Of a stretch of DNA of 64,000 nucleotides, positions 1-9,601 are shown one piece after another. Source of the DNA: an uncultured Nitrososphaerales archaeon (GTDB lineage Archaea; Thermoproteota; Nitrososphaeria; Nitrososphaerales; Nitrososphaeraceae). Numbering within the stretch: position 1 is the first letter of the stretch; each line of letters starts with the position of its first letter. The notes below the pieces were generated by a model that searched no databases, was not told the DNA's origin, and saw nothing but the letters and a program-made list of their open reading frames with translations. The DNA lies in assembly GCA_963695855.1 (NCBI GenBank), contig CAVOHZ010000004.1:70877-134876 (forward strand), written 5' to 3'. A program made the position numbers and the translations under genes.

Positions 1-376
1 ACACACAACAGACATTATCGCAGATCAATGGCAATACTTCCAGAAGAGCGTGGTAGAACTATTCCGTATATTTAAAACGAACACGATTTCAGTATCAGGT
101 CCGTCCGAAGATGAGTATCCACATCCCTACAGATGGAAATGGGATATCTAGAATAAATAAAACGGGGTAGTACACAATCCCGTATAATAGATATATACAG
201 ACACATCACACTCTACTTTTTAATGATCCCGATATTTTTTGGTTATGTGAAAAATACTTGGAGCCTGAGGTCGCTGGGAAAATATCTTCTTAAAGAAAAA
301 CTTGATATACCGATTAGTTCCAGACATTTTCAAAGGATACTAAGAGACGCATATTGGAAGAAATATAAATGTCTAA
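1..376 (+). mobile_element. Degraded IS630/Tc1-family transposase remnant (N-terminal winged-HTH region)
   Basis: Manual translation across a frameshift near 240 gives NDPDIF/GYVKNTWSLRSLGKYLLKEKLDIPISSRHFQRILRD, the P..FGY...TWS.R.L..YL.....I.IS......IL pattern of IS630 winged HTH. Stops and frameshifts are present, no DDE domain follows, and no terminal repeats are visible. Confidence 0.5.
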
Positions 377-1099
377 ACTAACAGTAATAGTATTACAAAC
401 TTTATCAACATATTCAACAAATTTCAGATAACCTTCAGAGACAGAAGATCCACAGCTGCTATTTTAGCAGATGGAATATCAAAACATCTCGGTACTAACA
501 AAAAGAATATTATTGTATTAGGAATTCCACGTGGAGGTGTAGTTATTGGAGATATAATTGCTAGGAAACTAAAAGCTTCTGATTTTGATTTAGTCATACC
601 AAGAAAAATGTTAAATCCACAAACCGAAGAGAATGGTTTTGGAGCTATTATGGAAGATGGAAGTACATACATTGATTTTCGTATCACTAAGAGATTGTCT
701 ATATCATTTGATCATATAAAAGAGGAAAAGGAGAAACAATTATCTGAGGTTAAACGTAGATCAATTTTATATAGAAATTCTCCAAAATTATTAGATTATC
801 ATTTTAAAATAAATGACACTGATAGAACGGTAATATTAGTAGATGATGGAGCAGCAACCGGATCTACACTAATATCCGTGGCGAGATGGGTAAAAGATAG
901 AAAGGAACATAAATTCAAGGAATTAATTATTGCCATACCTGTCGCACCAAAGGAAACCATTAAGATTTTGAAAAACGAATGTGATTATCTTGAAGCAATA
1001 TTTCAACCATCAGAATTTACAACGGTAAGTCAATTTTTTAAACACTTTTTACCAGTAACTGATCAAGAAGTTATAGACATTTTATCAAAATGGAAATAA
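369..1099 (+). CDS. Phosphoribosyltransferase-family protein (5' end frameshifted or using a non-canonical start)
   Basis: The frame of ORF 608..1099 is open from 377 and encodes FRDR...LGIPRGGV upstream and VILVDDGAATGST (PRPP-binding loop). The only upstream ATG (369) is one base out of frame. Confidence 0.8.
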
Positions 1100-1144
1100 T
1101 TATGATAGCGACATTTATAGGCTATCATTATAAAATTATACCGT

Positions 1145-2089
1145 ATGATGGTTTCAGAAAATAAAAAAATAGTTTCATTTTTACCTAGTGCTACTGAAAT
1201 ACTTTATGACATACAGGCTGGCTCCCAAGTATTAGGTGTTACACATGAATGTAATTATCCTGAAGATGCGAAGATCAAACCCAAGGTAATAAATTCTTCC
1301 TTTGACGCGTCACATATGACAAGTAAGGAAATAGATAACAAAATTGTGGAATTATTTAGCAAAGGAATGGATATATATATTGTGGATGATAAGATATTAA
1401 ATGATATAAAACCAGATCTTATAGTAGCACAGGGAATTTGTGAAGTATGTTCTCCATTTACAAAAGAGATCAACCGTGCAATCGCAGTACTAGGATATTA
1501 TCCTGAAATACTGATTCTCGATCCTCACAACCTAAAAGATATTTTGACAAATATTGAAGAGATATCCAAAAAGGTAGATAAAGTGAAGGAAGGTCAAAAA
1601 TTGATAGAATTTCTTACAAAAAAGGTGAAGTCAATACAGAAAATAACTGAAATGAAGAACAATGGAAAATTACAGAGAGTTATATGCTTAGACTGGATTG
1701 ATCCGTTTTTTACTGCAGGTCACTGGGTCCCGGAAATGATAGAAATAGCTGGGGGAATAAATGGTTTAAGTAAAACGGGCGAACAATCAAGACGTACTAC
1801 AAAAGAAGAGATAGAAGATTTTGATCCCTATAAAATTATTCTCATGCCATGTGGATTTAACATAGATAGAACTTTAATAGAATACAACAGAACATTAAAA
1901 AATGATGTAGAATGGAACTCATTGACGGCAGTAAAGAATGGTGAGATATATGCTGTAGATGCAGGATCATATTTTAGTAAGCCAGGACCAAGAACTTTTT
2001 CTGGAGTCGAGATCTTGGCAAAGATAATTAATCCACGTGACAGTAATCACATTATGGTTCCTTCTAATTCATTTCTGAAGATTGAGTAA
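1145..2089 (+). CDS. Cobalamin/Fe-siderophore substrate-binding protein (BtuF-like, no signal peptide)
   Basis: IVSFLPSATEIL, GVTHECNYP, GHWVPEMIEIAGG and YFSKPGPR motifs of class III periplasmic-binding proteins. Confidence 0.8.
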   Translation: MMVSENKKIVSFLPSATEILYDIQAGSQVLGVTHECNYPEDAKIKPKVINSSFDASHMTSKEIDNKIVELFSKGMDIYIVDDKILNDIKPDLIVAQGICEVCSPFTKEINRAIAVLGYYPEILILDPHNLKDILTNIEEISKKVDKVKEGQKLIEFLTKKVKSIQKITEMKNNGKLQRVICLDWIDPFFTAGHWVPEMIEIAGGINGLSKTGEQSRRTTKEEIEDFDPYKIILMPCGFNIDRTLIEYNRTLKNDVEWNSLTAVKNGEIYAVDAGSYFSKPGPRTFSGVEILAKIINPRDSNHIMVPSNSFLKIE

Positions 2090-2224
2090 CCATATAAGAT
2101 ATTTCTATTAACATCACATCATTGTGTTTCCAAACAACGGTAATATAAAATGGATTGCAACAAATAAATCGTATATTATTAAAGATTTCCTTTTCTAACC
2201 TGTCAAATCACAATTTACAATCTA

Positions 2225-2959
2225 TTATGATCTGATTGAATATTTCTTCTTTATTTTTTTGTACTTTTCTAGGTCATCATAAGTATTGATATATCTTGAT
2301 GCGTTTATTACATCCCGCACATTCCTAGATCCCAATTCATCCCAAATGGCACTAATTATTTTCTGTTTCAAATCACGATCTTTTACTTTTACTACTCTGT
2401 TACAAATACTGTTAAAATCCTCAAATGTATATTGTGGCAACTCATATCTATCAAACCTATCTCGTAATGGCTCTATCAATTTTGAAAGCTCGTTACAAGT
2501 AGCAAATACTTTCAGAAAACTGAATTTTATCTCCCTGTGATTTCCTGACCTCGTATCAATTATCCTACCATCCTGCAGCAAGTTTAGCAATATCTCCTGA
2601 TCAATCTTTTTTAACCTGGATATTTCGTCTAACAATAATATCTTTAGTCGATTTCTATATTCAAACAAAAGATCTCGCAATCCTGCCTTGGTCATCAAGC
2701 TACAATCCAAATAAATACAATGTTTATGATAACTACTCTCTATACATTTAAGAAATAGCGATTTTCCCATTCCTGGCTTTCCAGATAATAATATTGATGT
2801 AGAATATTCCGATAATAACGCAAGTTCTAAAAGATCTTTAATATCTGGATAACCCACAATCTGGCTAAATATATCATTATTATTTTCCTTCTTTTGGAGT
2901 GAACCGACTGCAACTGAATGTATTTTATTTACAAAAAATAATCTACCTAATTGAAACAT
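2225..2959 (-). CDS. Small AAA+ ATPase (RuvB/MoxR-like core only)
   Basis: Walker A GKPGMGKS, Walker B LLLDE, sensor-1 ATCN, Arg finger PLRDRF. Confidence 0.8.
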   Translation of the reverse strand: MFQLGRLFFVNKIHSVAVGSLQKKENNNDIFSQIVGYPDIKDLLELALLSEYSTSILLSGKPGMGKSLFLKCIESSYHKHCIYLDCSLMTKAGLRDLLFEYRNRLKILLLDEISRLKKIDQEILLNLLQDGRIIDTRSGNHREIKFSFLKVFATCNELSKLIEPLRDRFDRYELPQYTFEDFNSICNRVVKVKDRDLKQKIISAIWDELGSRNVRDVINASRYINTYDDLEKYKKIKKKYSIRS

Positions 2960-3097
2960 TATATCATATATCTTGTAAATTATAATAAAAATATTTTCAA
3001 AAAAATTTTTCTGAAAACTTTTCTTTTTTTATTCATTCAAAATCCATAAAGAAAACTGTTTTACAAGCTACAAATCTGCTCAAACGTAAAATTAAAA

Positions 3098-3748
3098 TTA
3101 TAAAAATGCGTTTACCAACAAATATAACCCAAATATTCCTATAACGGTACTAAAAAATAAGAGTAGGAACCTGTAAACTTTTTCTTTGACTATTGATCTT
3201 CCTTTAGATGACATAAAGGATGTAATCCATAACCAAAAATAATCCATCCATATATGTGAAAAGAAAAGCAAGATTATACCATTTAGATAACCAAAATTTT
3301 CTACTGAATCAGAGACAAGTTTCAACCCGATAGTAGACCACCAAACAAGGAAAAATGGATTGAGGCCTGTGAAAATCATTCCAACCAATATAGCGTTTTT
3401 GATTGCATATTTGGAATATTGATTATTTGTTTCCAAAGATTTATTTTTTATTACAGGATAAATCTGCAAAAACGAGAAAAATATCATGAAGACACCTCCG
3501 ACTATTCCTATTATTTTCAAAATATCAGAATCAGATACAGAGACGGCAGAAAATTTGCTTACTCCATAAAATAACAATACTAGTAATGGAAATTCCACAA
3601 ATGTATGTCCTATAGCAATTTTTATCCCCATTAAGGAACCATATTTACTACCATAAAATAGATTCACAAAAAATAAAGGTCCAGGAGAGAAGACTCCAGA
3701 CGTAGAAACAAGAATAACATAAAAGAAAAATTCTAATGGAGAAGACAT
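3098..3748 (-). CDS. LysE-family translocator
   Basis: SPGP, GH..VE and LNPFFLVWW motifs; about six hydrophobic segments. Confidence 0.85.
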   Translation of the reverse strand: MSSPLEFFFYVILVSTSGVFSPGPLFFVNLFYGSKYGSLMGIKIAIGHTFVEFPLLVLLFYGVSKFSAVSVSDSDILKIIGIVGGVFMIFFSFLQIYPVIKNKSLETNNQYSKYAIKNAILVGMIFTGLNPFFLVWWSTIGLKLVSDSVENFGYLNGIILLFFSHIWMDYFWLWITSFMSSKGRSIVKEKVYRFLLLFFSTVIGIFGLYLLVNAFL

Positions 3749-3842
3749 TCGATTTAACTTATCAACAATAATGAATAACTATATAACTTGTCATCTTTGT
3801 CATACAAAATTTAATTCTAAGACCGATCGATGTTATTTTCAA

Positions 3843-4409
3843 TTAATGACTTTTCCATCTGCTCTTTAATTTTGACAGTGTAATTTTAAAGTGACTCAAT
3901 GTTTCATTATCTAGAATGCAAAATTCTACAGTATCAAGAGAGGTTTTAGAGTTTAACAAAAATTTTTCAGTTTCATTTAAAAGAATATCTGCACATCTAT
4001 GTTTGGGAAAACCGAAAATACCGGAACTGATTGCAGGTATGGAAATAGTTTTGAATTCTTTCTTCGTTGCAAGCTGCAACGTATTGAAAATAGATTGTGA
4101 CAATTTATTATCTTCATCGCCTTCTCCCATTCTTGGTCCAACTGTATGAATTATTGCAGAACATGGCAGGTTTCCAGAGCAGGTAATAACTGAATTTCCT
4201 ACGGGAACAAATCCTATCCTGTCACTTTCGATCTGGATTATCCTTCCACCCTTCCTTACTATTGCACTAGCTACACCACCACCATGTTTTAAATAAGAAT
4301 TTGCAGCATTGACAATTACATCTACTTTTCTTTCAGTTATATCTCCCTGTACTATTGTGATTTTCTTAATATTTGAAAAGCTAAATTCATCTATTAATTG
4401 ACCAATCAT
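3843..4409 (-). CDS. MacroD-type macrodomain (O-acetyl-ADP-ribose deacetylase / ADP-ribosyl hydrolase)
   Basis: QGDIT, NAANSYLKHGGGVA, HTVGP and PAISSGIFGFP motifs. Confidence 0.92.
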   Translation of the reverse strand: MIGQLIDEFSFSNIKKITIVQGDITERKVDVIVNAANSYLKHGGGVASAIVRKGGRIIQIESDRIGFVPVGNSVITCSGNLPCSAIIHTVGPRMGEGDEDNKLSQSIFNTLQLATKKEFKTISIPAISSGIFGFPKHRCADILLNETEKFLLNSKTSLDTVEFCILDNETLSHFKITLSKLKSRWKSH

Positions 4410-4520
4410 AAATTAAAAATAAAGATTGTTTAATAAATAAATATTTAATTTATTTGCATACGAATAAAGCTCTTAACAATAATAGAAATTCTTCAATATT
4501 TATAATAGATCCATATACAA

Positions 4521-5258
4521 TCAAAGATTTCTTATCATTGACAATATCTGAGGCAGCATTTCAGTCGCCTTTCCCCTAAAGGAAAAATCCATTAAATTAT
4601 TAAAAATAGTAGGTTCAGGATTTACTTCTACTAGAGTTGCACCATTTCTTTTAGCATTCAGAGGTAATGTATTCACGGGACCTACGTTCAATGATGTTCC
4701 CACGATAAACATTACACTACAATTCCCTGAAGATTCCTCTGCTATTTTCCACCTTTGTTGATCTAATGGTTCTCCAAAGAGGACGATTTCGGGTCTTAAA
4801 ATATTTTTACATGATTTACAAATTGGTGGCAAATATTGAATATCTTTTATATTTTGTTGTTCAAGTTCACCTTTAAAATTGCAGCCAGTACATTTTATTC
4901 TCATTATATTTCCATGAAGTTCAACAATATTTTTGCTCCCGGCCCTCTTATGCAGTCCATCTATATTTTGTGTCAAAATCGTAGTATTTTTTAACTTTTC
5001 AATTTCTGCTATTGTTAAATGTCCCATGTTGGGTTTGCAACCTGAAATAAGGTTTTGTCTATCCTGATAAAATTCCCATACTAGTTTGGGATCTTCATAA
5101 AAGCCGGATATAGATGCAAGTTTCATTGGATCGTATTTTTTCCATAGACCGCCCGGACCTCTAAAGGTTGGTATACCACTTTCTTCTGATATGCCTGCTC
5201 CAGTCAGAAAAACAAAATTATCTGAATTTTTCAGGATGGATTTTAAAGATTCTTGCAT
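4521..5258 (-). CDS. cobB: NAD-dependent protein deacylase, class III sirtuin
   Basis: TGAGISEESGIPTFRG, TQNIDGLH, LHGN, two CxxC, VGTS; the FYQDR (Y-x-x-R) motif is typical of desuccinylase-capable class III sirtuins. Confidence 0.93.
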   Translation of the reverse strand: MQESLKSILKNSDNFVFLTGAGISEESGIPTFRGPGGLWKKYDPMKLASISGFYEDPKLVWEFYQDRQNLISGCKPNMGHLTIAEIEKLKNTTILTQNIDGLHKRAGSKNIVELHGNIMRIKCTGCNFKGELEQQNIKDIQYLPPICKSCKNILRPEIVLFGEPLDQQRWKIAEESSGNCSVMFIVGTSLNVGPVNTLPLNAKRNGATLVEVNPEPTIFNNLMDFSFRGKATEMLPQILSMIRNL

Positions 5259-5525
5259 GATTTAATTAATATTTCACCTACAAATATTTATTTTAGCTTC
5301 CTCTGCTGGGATATTATAATACTTTCTTCAGATAAGATTCAGATCAAATATGAGATGGTCTCATTTTTTTATTTTTATGAAAAATTATCTCTTATAATAT
5401 CAAATTTTTTTTATAGTATAAGTAAATTGATCAAATTATTTTATAAACAATACATTCAATTCATATTATGAATATAGTTTTAGCTACATATCTGTAATAT
5501 ATAAAATCTTTATTAACAGAATGCA

Positions 5526-5960
5526 TTATTTCATGTTTTCTTTTATCCTATCGACAATTTCTCTCATCATATTACTATCTAGATGTGGTCTATTTTTTTT
5601 AAACAATGAATGAATAGGACCCCCTCCATCCCCATATGATCTTGGGACGACATGAATATGAACATGAGGTACCTCCTGTCCTGCCTCTCTTCCATTATGA
5701 ATTGCTATGGTAGAACTATTTACTTTCAAGGATTTTTCTAATGGTTCAGTTACTTTCAACAATAGATCAAATAACCCTACAGAACATGCTTTGTCCATCT
5801 CATTAATTTTTGAATAGTGAGTTTTTGGGATTATTAGAGTATGACCTAGTGCTAGTGGATATGCATCAAGAAATGCTAAAGCTTGGTCATTTTCAGTGAT
5901 AAAATTGGCTGAGATCTCTTTTCTGACAATCTTACAAAAGATACATGATTGCTCATACAT
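5526..5960 (-). CDS. HIT-family (Hint-type) nucleotide hydrolase
   Basis: CIFCKI, GHTLIIPK, AGQEVPHVHIHVVPR histidine triad. Confidence 0.92.
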   Translation of the reverse strand: MYEQSCIFCKIVRKEISANFITENDQALAFLDAYPLALGHTLIIPKTHYSKINEMDKACSVGLFDLLLKVTEPLEKSLKVNSSTIAIHNGREAGQEVPHVHIHVVPRSYGDGGGPIHSLFKKNRPHLDSNMMREIVDRIKENMK

Positions 5961-6212
5961 ATCAAATTTATCAAAACCAAATAGTATAAAATCATTTATT
6001 ATTCTAAAAATATTCAGATGACAGACGACTAGCCCGAATTCTGCATCTATTTGACTCTTCTTTTACCTTCTGTGTTCAACTTTATGTGGATTTTTCGAAT
6101 TTAACAATAAATTCAACAGCATGATCTATATCATTTTTTTTTATCTTACTATATGTAATATCTAGTGAGATATTTTTTGAGCACGATAGAAAATAGATGG
6201 TAACAATGGCTA

Positions 6213-6303
6213 CAAGGTGGTAACAAACAAGAGCAAGGTGGTAACAAACAAGAGCAAGGTGGTAACAAACAAGAGCAAGGTGGTAACAAACAAGAGCAAG
6301 GTG
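6213..6303 (+). repeat. 21-bp tandem repeat CAAGGTGGTAACAAACAAGAG, 4 perfect copies plus a partial copy
   Basis: Units start at 6213, 6234, 6255, 6276 and 6297 (partial); a degenerate TGGTAACAA precedes them near 6198. Confidence 0.97.
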
Positions 6304-6346
6304 AAAACAATAAAAGTATTTAAACTCCTTTTATAATGCATTTTAA

Positions 6347-6949
6347 ATGAGTGAAAGAACAATATTAAACAAATTTGAAAAGGAAAAACGTGTTGTACAA
6401 TTACATATAGAAGGAAAAACAATTCGCGAAATATCAGAACGAGTTCACATGTCATTTCGAGATATATCAAAAATAATTAAAGCGTATGACAAAAAATCAA
6501 GTTTGGAAAGTGTCATTGAAAATGATGAAATTAAGAAAAATCAGCGTATTAAAAAATTGTCCACAAGTACTAGGGCCTTCAAATTATTCCTAAAAGGAAA
6601 GAAACCAGTTGAAGTATTAATAGAATTGAATATCTTTTATCCAGAGGTTGACAAATACTGGTCGCAATTTTTGAAATTAGAAAAACAGTATGAAGCTTAT
6701 GAATTCTATGAGAATTTCCGTTATGAGATGCCAGAATTATTATCTATAAGTGGCTTTATTAGAAGGAATAAGATAGATATATCAAATATTTCAAATATTT
6801 TGAAATATGCTTACAACCTATCGAATTTACAATCATATGGTAACAGACTTCAAAATCAAATAGCGGAATGGGAAAGAGAGAAAAAACTTTATATCGCTCC
6901 TCAAAATATTCAATTACCTCCATTCAGACCCATGCCAAATTATCGGTAG
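6347..6949 (+). CDS. HTH DNA-binding protein of unknown function (Nitrososphaeraceae-type)
   Basis: EKEKRVVQLHIEGKTIREISERVHMSFRDISKIIK helix-turn-helix; a second HTH-like segment (AFKLFLKGKKPVEV); C-terminal coiled coil. Confidence 0.7.
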   Translation: MSERTILNKFEKEKRVVQLHIEGKTIREISERVHMSFRDISKIIKAYDKKSSLESVIENDEIKKNQRIKKLSTSTRAFKLFLKGKKPVEVLIELNIFYPEVDKYWSQFLKLEKQYEAYEFYENFRYEMPELLSISGFIRRNKIDISNISNILKYAYNLSNLQSYGNRLQNQIAEWEREKKLYIAPQNIQLPPFRPMPNYR

Positions 6950-7698
6950 TTGATATTATTAAAGAAATATTCGTTTCTTGAATTTGGATAAAAAACCGCC
7001 TACTATTTCAAGCATATATAGATTTCATCAGGAATTGTATTCTGCACTTGTCTAGTTCTACGACTAGAATAAAGATATAGTTGTTCAGAAAACTAGTAAA
7101 CAAGTGATTTTTGATTGTATTTTTATCAAAGTAAATCTTTTGTAATACACCAGATCTATTCTTTTATGGATCCCTATATTAGTGATTTATTTGGTATTAA
7201 TACTTGAATCCCCATTAGAGAGATGTCCTGTTAAACATTCGGATAAATTTCTATGTCTATTCCTCTTCCATATTATATTCTTCTCTCAATCTTAGATTTT
7301 TTTTGATCTATGGAAAACTTCGCTTAGGTAACTGGTCCAGAGCAAAACCTGCAACAATATTTAGACATGAACACGAACAAGCACACATATCTTTTATAAT
7401 AATTCAAAATAATAGAACACATTCTATAAAAATAATGAACATATAATTCAATTTGCATTATGCACAATAAATGAACGATACCAATTTAATCGATTACAAC
7501 TAATTATCTCTCTATACCAGATTTGATATATCTTAAATGTTTAGATTTTATTGATATAAAACCAATTCTGTTTTTTAAGAACTAATATGCATTAATCTAT
7601 ATTGATTTTTTAATTTTTAATCTACAAAATTCATTAATAGTTATAAATAAACCTTGATTAATATAACCTATTTCTAATATAAAATATATATTAAAAAT

Positions 7699-7992
7699 AT
7701 GAGAAGAGACAGGAACTACTCTAGTTCAGCTAATAGTGGTCTACTAATTCGATTACTAGGATATGTTTTAACTACCTTTATTATTCCTCTTATCATTCTA
7801 CTAACGCGAGTATTAGCATGTGCCTTAATTACATTTATTATTCCCTTTGTCATTAATATTATAAAAACAAAACTAGGTAATCAACAACGCCTTTTATGTA
7901 CTAAATGTCACGGAAAATTAGAAGTAATTGATAAGAACAATCTTTATTGCAGAAATTGCAAAATAATTAAATTTGAACCTGATCCCTATTAA
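7699..7992 (+). CDS. Small membrane protein with C-terminal zinc ribbon
   Basis: Two similar hydrophobic segments (LTTFIIPLII / LITFIIPFVI), then CTKC...CRNC. Confidence 0.6.
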   Translation: MRRDRNYSSSANSGLLIRLLGYVLTTFIIPLIILLTRVLACALITFIIPFVINIIKTKLGNQQRLLCTKCHGKLEVIDKNNLYCRNCKIIKFEPDPY

Positions 7993-8485
7993 TTAGCAGA
8001 AACTTTAATACCATTAATTTTATTAACCGAAAACATTTTAATTTCTCTACAGAAATGTTGACATCTACTTACTAGAAATAATAATGTTAATCTGAATCAT
8101 AATATTAATTAAGATTAACTAAAAAATAGTGTTACTGATGCTTAATTGTATAATTTATTATGTTCTCAAATCAAAGTTGTGATTCAAAATTTGTTTTGGC
8201 GTAAGTGTACATAATAAAAAACTTTTAATTAGTGATTGTAAATATAAAAAATTGTAGAATTAAAAACCTAATAGACATAAAGAAATTTAACAAATATTCT
8301 TGATATAGTAATAAAAGTCATTATAGTATCAATAATGAAATACATCAGAACAAACAGACTTGCAAAGATTTCATATACTCATTTTCGTTAGATCGCAATT
8401 TTTGATATTTAATTTTCTTATTTACCACATTTTTTACTTCATTTTCTTTTTTTGTTCCATTTATACAATAAAATAAATATCACAA

Positions 8486-8674
8486 CTACGTCATCTTATT
8501 AAAATTATTTCCATAAAAATGATTGAATCTCTTGAAAATAACAAGACATTGCTTATTATCAAAATAATAATTTGATCCTGAAATATATTCGATAATAATA
8601 TCTTTATCGTCAGTTGATGCTAGTGGTTTGCCACATAAGGAACAGACTGATTCAGAAAGATTTGTAATACTCAT
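8486..8674 (-). CDS. Stand-alone TRASH/YHS-like Cys metal-binding protein
   Basis: CSLCG...YYFD...C; closely similar to the N-terminus of the kinase at 15129..16598. Confidence 0.75.
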   Translation of the reverse strand: MSITNLSESVCSLCGKPLASTDDKDIIIEYISGSNYYFDNKQCLVIFKRFNHFYGNNFNKMT

Positions 8675-8689
8675 ATCCCTGTTTTGCTC

Positions 8690-8857
8690 TTATATAAAAA
8701 AACGAGAATCATCACAATCGCCATTATCATGATATTTGTGAATATATCGGTAGTCGAAGGATATTGCCATCTTGTTCCTTTCCTTTCCTTTCATGACTTC
8801 AAAATCTAAAGTTTTCCATCTCCTTCCTTCCAAGAAATTCTGCTTGGCTAATTGCAT
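8690..8857 (-). CDS. Small hypothetical protein (55 aa, not in ORF track)
   Basis: ATG at 8857 to TAA at 8690: MQLAKQNFLEGRRWKTLDFEVMKGKERNKMAISFDYRYIHKYHDNGDCDDSRFFI; it ends 15 bp before the Cys-domain gene on the same strand. Confidence 0.4.
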   Translation of the reverse strand: MQLAKQNFLEGRRWKTLDFEVMKGKERNKMAISFDYRYIHKYHDNGDCDDSRFFI

Positions 8858-8930
8858 ATACTACTATTGACATACTAAAATATAAAGCCTATTATATTTT
8901 TGGTTAACATATGATAAATAAATCACCTGA

Positions 8931-9521
8931 TCAGTTAACGTACATTAAGTCAACTATATGATATTGCCATAAAAAAAAGGTTAATTTGTATTTAGATACA
9001 TTATTCAATACAAAGCTTACTACGGTATCTTTACAATTTCCAAAAACATAAACGTCAGCTACTGATTCTTCTGTCAAGACACCATCATCTTTTCTTTCAC
9101 ATAATAACATCTTCTTCCCTGCCAAAAAGATTTCATTATCACCTTCATCATACAAAACATTATTTCCTATATTTCCAATTAAATGATCTTCAAAAAAATA
9201 TTCTATCGATACATCATTATCCGAATTTCCAACGAGTTGATCATTTGCAAAATACCCGTAAACCGTGGCATTTCCAGATTTTCCATATAAATGCTCTTTT
9301 CCTTTTTCACCACATACACAATCATCTAACATCGTTCCGATAAAATTTTCTTTATCCAAAGTAACATTTTTCATGTTATTGCATCTCATATTTTCCACGA
9401 TATCTGACACATCGCCATAACCTTTGTTGTTAAACAAGGTAATAACAGAAGTGACCATGGTTAATATTACATTCAAATACAAAAAATCTCGCTGGTTGAT
9501 GAAGGCCTTTTGTGCGATCAC
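8931..9521 (-). CDS. Degenerate RTX/hemolysin-type Ca-binding repeat protein
   Basis: Eroded nonapeptide repeats (HLYGKSGNA, QLVGNSDND, HLIGNIGNN) and a D.VVSF ending similar to the intact paralog at 32978. Confidence 0.5.
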   Translation of the reverse strand: MIAQKAFINQRDFLYLNVILTMVTSVITLFNNKGYGDVSDIVENMRCNNMKNVTLDKENFIGTMLDDCVCGEKGKEHLYGKSGNATVYGYFANDQLVGNSDNDVSIEYFFEDHLIGNIGNNVLYDEGDNEIFLAGKKMLLCERKDDGVLTEESVADVYVFGNCKDTVVSFVLNNVSKYKLTFFLWQYHIVDLMYVN

Positions 9522-9601
9522 GTCGTTAATGATATGTTATCATTATTAAGATTTTTTATCAAAAAAATATATGCCCTTTTTTTATGGCACTATTTGAACA
9601 A

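Noticed and set aside
2225-2959. Orc1/Cdc6 initiator that would mark an origin
   Set aside because: It is too short, lacks the C-terminal winged helix, and no ORB-like G-string repeats were seen nearby.
3843-5258. Sirtuin + macrodomain as an anti-phage (Thoeris/DSR-like) or SirTM system
   Set aside because: The sirtuin is a canonical Zn-containing class III deacylase with catalytic His. No TIR, SLOG, lipoyl-carrier or Zn-macro features are present.
5253-5471. Short AT-rich ORFs such as 5253+, 12432+, 23359-, 44416- and the many ORFs antisense to assigned genes
   Set aside because: Their F/I/L/Y/K-biased composition is typical of non-coding AT-rich DNA, or they fully overlap better-supported genes.
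6210-6470. ORF with LLLFVTT repeats; 21-bp array as a mini-CRISPR
   Set aside because: The ORF is open only because of the repeat and overlaps the HTH gene antisense. There are no spacers.
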